Translations under genes and position numbers: made by a program
DNA from: Symsagittifera roscoffensis
Lineage: Eukaryota
DNA: 64,000 nucleotides
NCBI RefSeq assembly: GCF_963678635.1
Contig: NC_087064.1
Span: 32,809,028-32,873,027, forward strand
Reading direction: 5' to 3'
Part shown: positions 14,401 to 26,100 of the stretch, piece after piece
Layout: each line of letters opens with the position of its first letter
How positions within the stretch are numbered: position 1 is the first letter of the stretch
The notes under the pieces: model-generated
Database searches by the model: none
Told to the model about the DNA's origin: nothing
The model's input: the letters and a program-made list of their open reading frames with translations, nothing else

Positions 14401-15076
14401 CTACAAAAAATATAGTTATCTGGGAGTGCTTTTCCCGAACTATTATTACTGCGAATGTTTTTTTTTGGGTAAACTCTGGTCTTCTTTCATGTACTGATAA
14501 AAAGTTTTATTTAGTTCTTTATGTTTCTGTGGTTTTTTAAGATTATCTTGTTGTTTTTGTTTACATTCAGCGATGCTTTGTCCATATTTACGGCAATAGT
14601 TACAACATTTTTTGAATGACGGTTTTGTTTTAAAATTTGGATTTTTCTTGTAGATATTTAGTAGTTTAGTGATTTTTTTCAGCTAGTTCAATGTCGGAGT
14701 CATGAATGTTATTCATTTGTGAAGTAGTGGTATGGATTTTGTTTTCGTGTTGTAATTTTAAATTTTCTCTTTTTTCCCAATTCAGAGTGATTTCAGCTTG
14801 TCCAAATTCATCTGCTAGTTTTCGGAAATCTATATCAGGTTCTTGACTTGAAGATGGATGTGATGCTCTCTTTTTGTTGCTATTTTTGGTAATTGTGGTG
14901 TTAGAGTCATCATTAAGATTTCTGTCATCTTTTTGTTTTTATAATCAAGCGTATTAGGAGAATATGGTTTCTTACTAATGTTTCAATTCGTACCGCAAGT
15001 TGCTTAATTGTTTCATTAGGGAGTCTACGGAGTCTAGGTTGCATAGAAATTTGATGTTGTTTATTTCTTTCAGTGT
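11464..15076. repeat. Tandem duplication unit 2 (3613 bp).
   Basis: Near-identical to 7851-11463. After ...tttcagtgtcg at about 15076 the sequence continues into a gag-region homolog instead of restarting the unit. Confidence 0.9.
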
Positions 15077-16649
15077 CGAACATTTTCAAAAACTCTTGTG
15101 TGAACCTTTTCCACTCTGGTTTAATGCCTATAGGTAAAACTGAAAACAATTTTCGGCTGCGCCATCAAATGAGGTTTGGATTAGAGTTGTGCTGAAGTAG
15201 CTAATTTTTCTTGAAGTGGCGTATTTACTGGTTCAAGTCCTTTATTTAAAGATAACTTAGCTGTGACTGTTTTTAGTTAATCTTCTAGTGAGTATTCAGG
15301 GTCTGTTTCTGTGATTACCAATAGTAGTTTATTAAAAGTTATGGAAGATCCACCCATGAGGTATGGATTAATAGTCATTTGGAGTGGTTCTGCGGCATTT
15401 GGTATTTGAGAAAAATTAGTAAGTTGTGTTGTTGTTAATTTTTTGGTAATGAGATCTCAATTTGCATTTGCGTTGGTGGATAACTTTGTTTTTTTTTATA
15501 TGATTTAAAGATTCAAAAATTATCACTATTTGATGCTGAGTTTTTTTTGCAGGAAAAGTTTGCCTTGATTGTCGTGTTTGTTCATTTCTTGTATATGGTT
15601 CAAAAGGATCTGGTTGATAAATAGGATCTGGTTGATCAATATTCCAGTTAATGTTTTGTTGATTTGTGTTAAATCGTTATTGGTTTTGGCTAAAATAGTC
15701 TACATCTTCTGAATAATGTGTTTGATTTATTGTAAGATGTTTATTAGTTAAATTTTTATTTTGTTGAGAGAACGGGAAGTTTTCGCTATGATCCAAAGTA
15801 TTTCGTTGAAAAAAACTGAGTGAAAGGCTTGTTGTGTTACTTGTTGATTGTACTTTTGTGCCTATGGCTTGTTTTGATTGATCATAAAGGAGTATTTGTT
15901 ATTTTAAAAATTGTTTCAGTTAGACGTTTTTTGTTTATTTGTTTGTCGTGATGTCGTTGCGGGTCTAAATTTTTGATAACCCATTTATGAGTTGATAACG
16001 AGATATAAAAACACATTTCGTTGCGTACCATTTATTACTAAATATATCCCCACTATTAGTATGTGTTTTCATAAATGATTTAAGTTTTTTGAGTTTTTGA
16101 TGTTATGTTTTAGGTGATAAAGCTGGGATGAAAAAACAAAGATGATGCTTGTGAATTTATGAAACTAACAAAACATTTAATACAAACTATTTTATGTATT
16201 TTTTTTTCAAAAATTCATTTGTTCAAAAGTTTTGATTTACTGCAGATTTTGGGGGGAACGACTTGTGTTCTTTTTATCAGTCGTTATTGTTTAAATATTA
16301 GGTTTAGCACCAAATGAGTTGTTGAAGAATTATTCTTCAAATAACTTTGATGTCAATAAATGAAAATATAAATTTGCTGCATAAAGTATTATTCGTCGTA
16401 CCGGTTTTCGTCGTACTATCATGTAGTAAATTGGTCTGTTTCCTGATTGTTGTTCACACCTTGATCTTGGTCTTCTTACAACACTTAGTATCTCTCGTAT
16501 TGTTTGGAATATTGGCGTAGATTTATTTGAGACGTAAAATATTTAACTCCATCTAACTGTTTTGACGTTTTGCAATAGTCCAAATCTAAGTTCGGTTATC
16601 TAATTCTAAAACAGTTAAGTTCTTGTTCGAGGCTTATGGTCGCACCTGA

Positions 16650-17051
16650 TGAGTTATGACCTTTGTTCTGTACTCCTAAAAAAATTTCAGATAAGGTGCA
16701 CCGTCTGTTCCTCACACGATCTTAATTTCGGCCGGATAGATTCGTGCAACTTTTTAGTCTAATACCAATCTTAATCTTACACTTATATATCCTAGTCTCA
16801 ACAGATCTAGTGTGTAATGGTTTTCGCGAGTTAGTTTCCGGAGTTTATATAGAAGGAGAGCAACTGTAGTCTATGATTTATTCAAATTGTTCTGGTGCTG
16901 AAACTACAAGTAGTTTCAGCACTTACAAACAATTGTCAATGTTAGAGATGGAATATGATTAGTTAGTTAGTAAAATTTTATATTGATAGTTGTATCAATA
17001 ATGTTATAGTATTTATATCCAATTTTGAATACTAGTTTAGAACTGGTTCCG
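16650..17051 (-). repeat. LTR of the degenerate copy (its 5' LTR), diverged from the intact LTR.
   Basis: Reverse-complement alignment to the intact LTR: ggccggatagattcgtgcaac..., ctggtgctgaaactacaagtagtttcagcacttacaaa, and terminal ggttcc equal to reverse complement of TGGAACC. The adjacent 16622-16649 is the reverse complement of the PBS-like TGCGACCATAAGCCTCGAACAAG. Confidence 0.75.
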
Positions 17052-17150
17052 AAACTACGTCATGAAAAAAATTGCTGAATTTTCAATCAACTTCTGTCTA
17101 AAAGGCTAACCATTATTTTAGTTTTTAATGTAAAAAGAAAATTATATAAG

Positions 17151-17311
17151 GGCCTAGCTTAGATCTTCAGTTTTCCTACAAAATATTTCAAACCCGACGT
17201 TCTAAACTGTTAGGCATTCTCAGTGCCAAAAACAACCCCTAAACAGCAGAAGCAGTTTAAAATTTCGGGCTTGAAATACTTTGTAGGAAAACTGAAGATT
17301 TAAACTAGGCC
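17151..17311. mobile_element. Small foldback/MITE-like element (161 bp) with terminal inverted repeats of about 44 bp.
   Basis: ggcctagcttagatcttcagttttcctacaaaatatttcaa at the left end and ttgaaatactttgtaggaaaactgaagatttaaactaggcc at the right end are near-perfect reverse complements. Confidence 0.6.
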
Positions 17312-18025
17312 AAACCAGACGTTTCCAAATAAAAAACCAAATCACGCCTAGAAAACTACTTGATCCGGATTTGTACATCAAAATTCTGACCGTGAAACGG
17401 CAGAAGCATAAAAAAATTAATACTAGGCAAAACTGTGAACCGGATAAGCGTTCAGTTTGTAAAAAAAATTAACAAAATTTACGTGAATTTCCATTCATTA
17501 ATTGTAATTTAAATTTTGTCGGCATCCTAACTTTTTCGCTGATTGCGCAAGGAGCGAATACCAGCTCGTTGTTTCGGATTCTGCGAACTTTGACGGTTTT
17601 TGAGGATTCTCCTTAATTTTACCGATTCCGCTTAATTTTTTGCAATTCCGATCACAGTTTACGGACTTTCGCGATCCTAATTTTTTTTGGAGATTGAACG
17701 TTTCTTGTTTGAGTTATGTAGGAGGCTCACTTTGATTTAGTTTTGACAGTAATGGATTTTGTAGTTTTGGTGTAACTTTTAATTGACCAAAAAAATTCTA
17801 AATTGACCCATTTTTGGGGTAAAATTTTTAACCCAAATTCCGTAAAACAAATTTTCTTAATAAACCATAATATTTATTAACAAATAAAGCGTAATATTGC
17901 TGCTTAAATTCGAAGCAAGTTTTGTCCTCATCCTTTTTTGTCTTAAGTCAACCCAATTTGATGAAAACTTTTTAAATTTCAATTTTTAATCGTTTTGTCA
18001 GGATAATTTGAATCAGCATTGTACA

Positions 18026-18444
18026 CAGGGGCGGATTTAGGGGTGGGGGGACGCTCTCTTTTTCAGGGATTTGACCCCCTGCCGACCCAAAAGGTATCCC
18101 CTCTGAAATATTTTGAGATATCCCCTTTTTGGCTGACGGAGCCCAAAATTTTTCTAAAAGCGCTTTTGGTGCCAATATATACCAAATTTGAAAGGGAGCG
18201 CGCTCCGATATATCGCGATTTTTTGGTCAACAGTTTCCAAAAAGTGCTTAAAAACGCCTTTTTTTGGCCTGTTTTTTTTCGAAGTTTTGCCTGCGGCGCA
18301 AAAATTGCCTGCCAAAATAGGGTCTTTTTAGTGCTTTGGGAGAGCTCGGAAAATCAAATTGGTCGATCTTAAAAAAATATCGACAAAGTTTTAGAAAACT
18401 TTTTGAAGATCCGCCCCCCTCGAGAAAATCCTAGATTCGCCCTG
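18026..18444 (+). mobile_element. hAT-like MITE copy A (419 bp) with a perfect 8-bp TSD ATTGTACA.
   Basis: Termini are CAGGGGCGGATTTAGG...CCTAGATTCGCCCTG (imperfect TIR). The flanking 8-mers 18018-18025 and 18445-18452 are identical. A CAGGG TIR start plus an 8-bp TSD is typical of hAT. Confidence 0.8.
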
Positions 18445-18912
18445 ATTGTACATGCTACTCTATACAGAAGGTAGTTTTATAATTTTCTCCGAAGTTAATG
18501 ATTTAATACTTACTTTAATTACTATAAAAGTTATATTTTGGCCTTTTTTATCTTCAAGTATTTAATTCAGAAGCAAAAGCATTAATTGCCGATCATTGCT
18601 TTTTCAAATAACGGCTCCAAAACACCTTGATAAATTGAAGTTTAAACTTACTGAACAGAATTTTGAAAACTCGAACAATGCCAGTGTTCAATTCTTATAG
18701 ATTGTAACGAGTTCAAAACTTTGCAGTTCTACAGGACATTGAAGTATAGTGAGGGGATGTCAAATTATTGAAGTTCTACTTGATACGATAGTTCGTGTTG
18801 ATCTTTCCTAGGGTTGTTTAAACCCATAATAACGCTGGTACCTCAATGACATAGCAAACAAAAACAATCGGAACATAATCAAGTTCAAACGTTTTGATCA
18901 TCAATTCGATCA

Positions 18913-19245
18913 GTGTTATCAAGTAGCATAATAATGGGGTTCATCACATTTTCTGTGTGTTTACTATTTTTTTGTCATCAACCTATCATTGGGTCGGCTG
19001 AAAGAGATATCGTTGTCAATTCAACAGTTAACATCGAATGGGCATCTTTGACTTTTATAATTCCAGTCATTGGACCACTGACTCAAACCAGAAAAATCTG
19101 TCGAAATTTCAGCAATTACTATTGTCTAGAAGCTTACGAAGCGATTATAAACAACCCAGTTTTGGCTTTACTTCCTTATGTCAATGTTGAGTTTCCTACT
19201 CACGATGCTCTGAATTATTTTAATTTCTGGCTGGAGCGTTTTGCG
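18913..19245 (+). pseudogene. 5' half of a disrupted paralog of the secreted-protein gene at 49946-50695.
   Basis: ORF 18913-19515 begins with a signal-peptide-like N-terminus. Residues DIVVNSTVNIEWASLTFIIPV...CRNFSNYYCLEAYEAI...ALNYFNFWL align to DLVINSTVDVQWTSLTFTIPV...CSNFSYYYCLDAVEAI...ALAYHNYWL of the intact paralog. Similarity is lost after about 19245 and the ORF tail is MITE-derived. Confidence 0.7.
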
Positions 19246-19424
19246 AGTGGAAAGTTTAGGGCGTTGTTTCTGTCAATGTTCAGGCAAACAGATCAATCAA
19301 ATACTAAGATACCCTCAACTCTGGTTGCCCCTTTTGCTATTTTTTTCCGACATCCGTTTTTAGCTGACTCAGAAACCCTATTTTTCCTAATAACATTGTT
19401 TGCACCAATATACAATAAACTTGA

Positions 19425-19595
19425 GGGGGCGAAAAAAGCGGTTTTTTTTGGTTTTAACATTCAAAAAGTGTCAAAAATAGCGTTTTTTTCAAAAAAAAAT
19501 ACCACTGGCGCCTAAATTTTTTTCCCAAAATAGGTTCTTTATAGAGCTTAAGAGGGATTCAGAAAATCAAATTAGTCAGCCTAAAAAAGCCTTTT
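19425..19595 (+). mobile_element. Internal fragment of the hAT-like MITE family, without TIRs.
   Basis: Matches the internal part of copy A (…aaaatagggtctttttagtgctttgggagagctcggaaaatcaaattggtcg…). Confidence 0.55.
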
Positions 19596-20664
19596 TTGCA
19601 ACCAAGTTTTGCAAGATTCTAGCGAAGAAAAACGAATCTTGCAAGAATTTTTCAAGATTTTGAAAAAATACAAACTTCTCGGTAATTATCTTTTAGATTG
19701 GCAATTTTATCGTGCAGTCCCAAGAAGCTCATCGGAGATCATTATGATTTCAATTTGAAAAAAATTCATCGTGCAGTCCACTCAAAACTTGGCCATTGCA
19801 ACAGGAGGGCCCACTAGATGCATGAATCCAACATCCAGGAGATGAGTCCTCTGAACAATTTTTGGTACCCCATTGTATTGCCCTTGCAAAGTCTGGTACC
19901 CGATTGCATTGCCCTTGCTGATTGTCTACAACATTGAGTCTAATCTAGGATTTTTCTTGGATCATAAATAAACAGTGCAAGACGTTGGTTGCATGAATGT
20001 CAACCAGGGGAACAACAGCGGTTCTCTATCAAGAGCTGAACAGCTCGTAGATTGCGCCTTTACTTTTGAATAAATCGTCTTAAAAGGACTTGAAAAACTT
20101 TTTGGACTCGTACAGCATCCTTATGTATCCTTTGCCTTAACAAAAATCGCTAAAAATTCCAAACATACGAAAAAAAATTTGAAGTAAATTCTTAGCATAA
20201 TGCAGAATGTTGCTCATTTTAGGTGTATGGAATATAAACTTAGCAAAAACCTAGCATTGTGAATGCAAATCTCGCAAGAAATAAGCTAAATTAAGGTATT
20301 TATTTGGAACAATTTTTCAAGATTTGCTTTCATTTGCTTTCTTAAGCTAAACATTTAGAATTTTCTTTTCTTAATTTTTCAACAAAATTGAAAATAGTTT
20401 TAAGCTATATGTGTAATCGTAGTTGAGTATTTTAACTCTCAAAAAGGGGAATGATAAACGAAATCCCCCGAATGCAACATACAAGCTATGAAGAGAAATT
20501 TTTTCTTGAAGACATTTGTGAGCATTTTATCTCTTTAACCGTAACCGGTTTTTGCGGTAGAAATTGATTTAAAACATCTGCATGTATGTGAAAAGTTTTG
20601 GTTTCAGTGAAGAATTGAATATTTTGAACTTTGTTACTTTCCCCGCTCAAAGAGAGTACGTAAG

Positions 20665-20903
20665 CAAGACTGCTCGTATCAGGGTGAAGCCTTAAATGTT
20701 CCGACTGCATTTCAAGGCTTATGAACTAGTGTTTTTTTTGAAGAAAGTAGTGTTTTTTTTAAATAAATTTTGCATCCGTTATTTTCAAGCGAACAATTCT
20801 CGGAAGACTTTAAACGCAGTCGGAACATTCAGGGCTTCGTCCTGATACGAGTAGTCTTGTGACAAGATTACTCGTATCAGGACGAAGCCCTGAATGTTCC
20901 GAC
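20665..20903. mobile_element. Palindromic MITE-like element. It has a 41-bp arm, a 113-bp internal region, then a perfect 41-bp inverted pair with a 3-bp spacer.
   Basis: gtcggaacattcagggcttcgtcctgatacgagtagtcttg (20819-20859), then tga, then the exact reverse complement (20863-20903). A related arm lies at 20665-20705. A truncated family member is at 47198-47340. Confidence 0.7.
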
Positions 20904-20940
20904 CTAACTTTTAAAAGTCTATGTAGGGGTGTTGGGCAGG

Positions 20941-21348
20941 TGGAACCTGATCTAAACTATATTTTATGATTGGATAAATTAAATGTTTTACCAATGTAAA
21001 GTATTTAATATTAACCAATCATGATCCATCTAACTAACAACCCACTTATTTGTAAGTGCTGAAGTTACTTGTAATTTCAGCACCAGAGAGATTTGAATTT
21101 AACTTAGAAATTAGTTGGACTCTCCCGAGCACTTCAGCAGCCGCAATAAACCAGTATACCCTAGATCTATTGAGCCTAGCAGAGACTAGTTAAACAACCT
21201 GAGACTAGATAGTATAAGAGTAAGATTAGGATCGGTATTAGACTAAGAAGTTGCACGAATCTATCCGGCCGAAAATAAGATAGCGTGACGAGCAGACGGT
21301 GTACCCTATCCGAAATTACTCTATGAGTTACACTCCAGTCCAAACTCA
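20941..21348 (+). repeat. 5' LTR (408 bp).
   Basis: Base-for-base identical, by eye, to 39499-39906. Starts TGGAACC and ends AAACTCA. Confidence 0.9.
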
Positions 21349-21350
21349 TC

Positions 21351-21373
21351 TGGTGCGACCATAAGTCTCGAAC
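21351..21373 (+). promoter_or_regulatory. Candidate primer-binding site.
   Basis: TGGTGCGACCATAAGTCTCGAAC begins 2 nt after the LTR end. TGG plus the complement of a tRNA acceptor/T-arm is the usual PBS form. The same motif is conserved next to the LTR of the degenerate copy. Confidence 0.55.
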
Positions 21374-22003
21374 AAGACCTTATTAGATTAGAATTAACCA
21401 AAATTAGATTAGAAATTAGACAAAAACATTTACAAAATGTTATACGACAATAATTTAATTGAAATGTCTCTCCGACTCAATAGATCCGAGCCAATATTCC
21501 GAACCATAATAGAACTACCCGGAATTGGAAGAAGACATCGAACCAAAGACGACATACGACAAAGTAGAAACTTGCCGTATAGTTACATGATAGTTCGGCA
21601 AAAGCCAGAACAAACTTTTATATTTCGAATACTACTTGCAATGAATTTAGATTTCCATTTGCAAACATAAAACCTTGAAGTAAATCTTCAAAATCATTTC
21701 AGGCGCTAAACAAAATTAATATTATACAATAACGATTGATAAAAAGATCTAAGATCGTTTTCCTAAAATTCTGCAGTATTATACAAAACATGTTTGAAAA
21801 ATATTTATTGAAAAAAAAAAAAAAATAAAAATTAGTAGCATGACAATAAATGGTTAGTAATCATAAATCATCCTGTTGTTCCAGCTTCATCACCTAAAAC
21901 ATAACAGCAATCATCAACTCACTAATATCATAAAATACTAAATCTTTCCTTTACACAAATTTAAAACCTCATTAAAACTTAAAGTCACTTAATTTTAAAA
22001 CCA

Positions 22004-22148
22004 GATCATCAAGGCTTATCCTTGGATCTTAAATCATTTTCTACTTCATTACATTTTAAATTTGATCATCAAGGCTTATCCTTGGATCTTAAATCATTTT
22101 CTACTTCATTACATTTTAAATTTGATCATCAAGGCTTATCCTTGGATC
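22004..22148. repeat. Perfect 60-bp tandem repeat, 2.4 copies, in the retroelement leader.
   Basis: Unit gatcatcaaggcttatccttggatcttaaatcattttctacttcattacattttaaattt starts at 22004, 22064 and 22124. Confidence 0.9.
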
Positions 22149-22664
22149 AAACAGAACAACTTTGTTCTCCCCCACCCACTTAATTAGTGTCTAACGACCT
22201 CAAACGTCGATTCACTACCCAACCCTTTCTAAAGACCCAAGACTAATAGAAATTTTTAAACAAAACTAATCATTCAAATTAGGATAAACAGTGAAGAACT
22301 TCGGTTATTCATCCTTCACTTGATCCCCCCTCTTACCAGACCCAGGATAAATCTTAGACTTAGTAAGTTTAAAATAGTATCTAACGAACTACTCGCGTTC
22401 TAATTATACCTGAACCTTGTGGATCGATTTACTATTCTCCAACCCTTGAACACAATCACTACCCCTAAGTAAGATTAAGTAAGTTAACACCTTAGCTTAT
22501 ACTAGTCACGAGAAAGTAAAAATCATTCTTCGGAATCGATATACTTTTCTCTCCAACCCTAAACAAATAGACCCAGGTTAAGCTAACCAAAAAATCGTAA
22601 GAACTAACAGTTTAGGAAAATAGAAATCATTTAACAACCTTTTGCACCCGTCATCCTAAACCTT

Positions 22665-23132
22665 ATGTCATTTAAAAACCTAGGGAATAAACAAACAATC
22701 GTTTTACACAATTGTGAAATAGATAACAAAAAATACGACCTTGTAATCACACCTCATACACAAACAGTTGGATACATTCGAACAAAACGACAAACACTAA
22801 AGAGAAAAATAATCACTAAACAAAGACAAATAACACGAAAAAGATTTTCAAAAAATCGAAACGCATTTTCAGAATCAGAAACCAACAGTTTAGACGAACT
22901 CTACAAACTAAAAGAATCAATAGATAAAAATTACCCACAACACGATCAATTATATTTTTCTGACTCAGAAACAACTTCAAATTCATCACAAAGAGGAAAA
23001 AGAAGAATAAAAAAGCAGTATAAACACAAACCAGTACATCTATACAACTGGAATCAACCAATTCGACACATTAATAATTACATATTAACAGTCATCGAAC
23101 GAAAAAATGAGTTCAACGCACACCCCAGGTGA
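22665..23132 (+). CDS. Leader ORF (155 aa, very basic K/R-rich) that overlaps the gag-pol start by 26 nt in another frame. Coding status is uncertain.
   Basis: ORF-track entry. The stop lies downstream of the polyprotein ATG. A-rich sequence biases toward lysine codons, so this may be spurious. Confidence 0.25.
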   Translation: MSFKNLGNKQTIVLHNCEIDNKKYDLVITPHTQTVGYIRTKRQTLKRKIITKQRQITRKRFSKNRNAFSESETNSLDELYKLKESIDKNYPQHDQLYFSDSETTSNSSQRGKRRIKKQYKHKPVHLYNWNQPIRHINNYILTVIERKNEFNAHPR

Positions 23133-26100
23133 CGAAACTCCAGATGATGATGAAATCTTTCCTTTTATAGTAGATGCAGATACTGATAGAGGACAACACA
23201 TATTTTGTCAAAATTTACTCGTAAATTTATTTGAACCCGGAATCAGTCCATGTAAAACAGAGTTCCCCGATGTAAAAATCAAAAGACAAATCATAGATCA
23301 CTATCTAAAAGATATATGCAACATAACACAACAATATGGAATCTACTCTATAGAATTCACTTCCCCAAACCATAATAATAGAACATACACTATTCAAACA
23401 GACGACCTTGATTTAGAATTTTCAAAAGTTTTTTCAGAATATATAAAAAGCATACAATACCATAACTCACAAAGAGCAAACTCCATTTTCACCAATGAAG
23501 TTTTCGCACTAATATATAGTTATATTTCGATATTAGAAAATGAACTCCCATTAACAAATGTCTCACCGACAGAAACATCTAAACATTTAAGAGTACGACA
23601 TGAAATCACACTACTCTCTAGTTATTTAAACATCATTAAAGAAAATTTCACGAAAGACGACGTTTCACAACATACCAAACACGATTTACAAAAAATTTTA
23701 GCATGGTTCATAATAGATTATTTTACACACAATATTGATTTAATTGCACAAGCAAGAAAAAATTTTAGACCCCAAAACTCGAACGATGATACAGCTATCA
23801 CAGAACAATCAGATTATGTTTGGGACCCCGAATGGTCTCATCCCGTATTTATAAACTTTCCACAATCAATCTCAAGTCAAGCAATAGGTACAATATCTTA
23901 CATAAGAGATTATGTAAGAGTAATACCATTAACAATTGATGCAACACCATTAAACTATAATACATTTTTACCCGATACACAAAATAATAGTTTAAACTCT
24001 ACAGTCATACACAATGAAAACCTCAATGGAACTAGGAATCTTACTCAACAAGATATACAGACACCATCACACTTCATAAATGAAGAAATTGTACACACAA
24101 CAACTACACAACAAAGTATTTCACCAATACGCCCAAATTTAACAACACCAAGAAATACAAATCCTTCACAAACACAGGTAACCTTACAATCAACCGTTAA
24201 ACCTTCGGTTGCCCCTAAATATTCACATATGGATTACCAAACATACAAACCCATGACAATACCATCAAAAACACGCAAAACATTCACTAGAAACAACTTT
24301 GCAGACCATAATTATAATTATACACATCCATCAAAAACAAATTATAAACCACAAAGAAATTTTAATCAATATACAAAACCTCGAAACTGGGATAACCCAA
24401 CGGCCCAATATAATTCCACAAATTTTCAACCAAATCCTCCACAGGATCGCAGTGAAAATTACCCATTTTTTCAACAAAATAAAAATAAAAAACAAACATC
24501 TTATCAAATGGATTATTTATCCTCAGATGAAGATTTCTTACAACCAGATATATTTGCACCAAATACTCAAGAATATCGTAGACAAGGAATACAGAAAACA
24601 CGTACAAACCATAGAAATTTTTCTCCACAATCAATAGATGCACAATATCAACAACCAATTCAACAACCAAATCCAATTAATATACAATCTTTTCAACCAA
24701 TTCAACAACAAAATCCAATGACTACACACTCGTATCAACCATCACAAATGCAAAATGAAATACCACTCCCGTATTATCTTCAACAACATGAAATAACAAG
24801 AAACCAACTTTCAAATTTTTCTCAAATGCCAAATGCAGCTGAATCATTACAAATGACAATGAATCCATACCTTATGGGTGGATCATCAATAACATCAAAT
24901 AAACCCTTAATGGTTTTCACAGGAACAGACCCTGAATACTCTGTAGAAGATTACTTAAATGCAGTAACAGCAAATTTAATTTTAAATATTGGACCTGAAC
25001 CAATTAACACGCCACTACATCAAAACTGGATACATCGACGCACAGCGTTGATACAAACAACCTTAGATGGCGCAGCCCAAAAATGGTTTTCAGTACTACC
25101 TCAAGAAATAAAATCAAACTGGAAAAGATTTACACAAGAATTTTCAAAAATGTTTGACTCCGAAAGAAACAAACAACAACAAAGAGTTTTATGTAATGAA
25201 ATTCGCAGATTACCAAACGAAACCATCAAGCAAATAGCAGTAAGAATCGAAACACTAGTTCGAAAAGCATATTCACTAAATACACATGACTATAAAAACA
25301 CTAAGATGACAGAAATCTTAATGATGACCTTAACACCACAATTAAGGAAAATAGCAATAAAAAAGAGAGCATCACATCCTTCTTCAATTCGAGAACCCGA
25401 TTTAGATTTTAGAAAACTAGTAGACAAACTAGAACAAGCAGAAATCACAATGAAATTAGAAGAAACGGAAAATCTGAAATTACAATACGTTAACAAAATT
25501 GAAACGACTCCCACTAATATTAATAATATACAAGAATCAGAAACAGATCTCGTTGAAAAAATCACTGAAATACTCAATATTTACGAAAAGAACCCGAACT
25601 TTAAAGGCAAACCATCTTTCAAAAAATGGTGTAATTATTGCCGACGATACGGACATAGTATTTCCGAATGTAGACAAAAACAACAAGATAGTCAAAATAA
25701 ACCTCAAAAATACAAAGAACCAAATAAATCATTTTATCAATACATGAAAAAAGATCAAAACCTACCAAACAAAAATGTATACAGCAACAACAGTTCAGGA
25801 AAACCACTCCCAAACAATACAAGCTATACAAGAAATCAATCTCCATATAACTCAAGTTATAGAGGAAGATCACCAGAACGAAGAAACACGTATAATTCAT
25901 CACAAAATCACTACAATAGACCGAATAGTCGAAATAACTACTCCAGATCAAATTCAAATACACAACGATTTGTTTCTAGATCTAATTCTCAATCAAGAAA
26001 TAACTATTATCCAAACAACCAATCACGAAATTCATCATACAATAGGAATAGAAACTACTCCTATAATCGAAATAGAAGTTATTCAAACAACCGAAACCAG

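Larger units (their letters stand above)
7883..15149 (-). pseudogene. gag-pol remnants: RNase H/RT, protease, CCHC zinc knuckle and gag. Duplicated by the tandem unit.
   Basis: ORF 8111-8353 matches RNase H-IN linker (KFPNLHIVWTAGKN.ALPDT.SRNTP). ORF 8573-8809 matches MQLYLRPFYNILRQQNNFEW...DPDQPF.A.CDASN.GIGAALLQSH. ORF 8935-9300 matches the RT C-region. ORF 10828-11097 carries CNYCRKYG.SI.EC. ORF 14925-15149 matches gag KSNWKRFTQEFSKMFDSERNKQ. Confidence 0.85.
1..17051 (-). mobile_element. Degenerate, rearranged copy of the same LTR retroelement family as 20941-39906. It is inverted and truncated by the window edge at its 3' side.
   Basis: Minus-strand ORF fragments are collinear with the intact element: ORF3-like at 822-1495, env-like and ORFx-like at 2466-5446, integrase at 6381-7578, RT/RH/PR/gag at 7883-15149. 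The leader, PBS and LTR lie at 16080-17051. Reverse complement of bases 1-130 matches 38280-38407 downstream of ORF3 in the intact copy. Many stops and frameshifts. Confidence 0.85.

Noticed and set aside
18019-18372. 117-aa plus-strand ORF.
   Set aside because: It is contained within hAT-like MITE copy A. The sequence is repeat-derived and G-rich, so the ORF is incidental.
22816-23061. 81-aa minus-strand ORF (F/L-rich) opposite the leader ORF.
   Set aside because: It is the antisense of an A-rich stretch (poly-T gives Phe/Leu codons). It is a compositional artefact.
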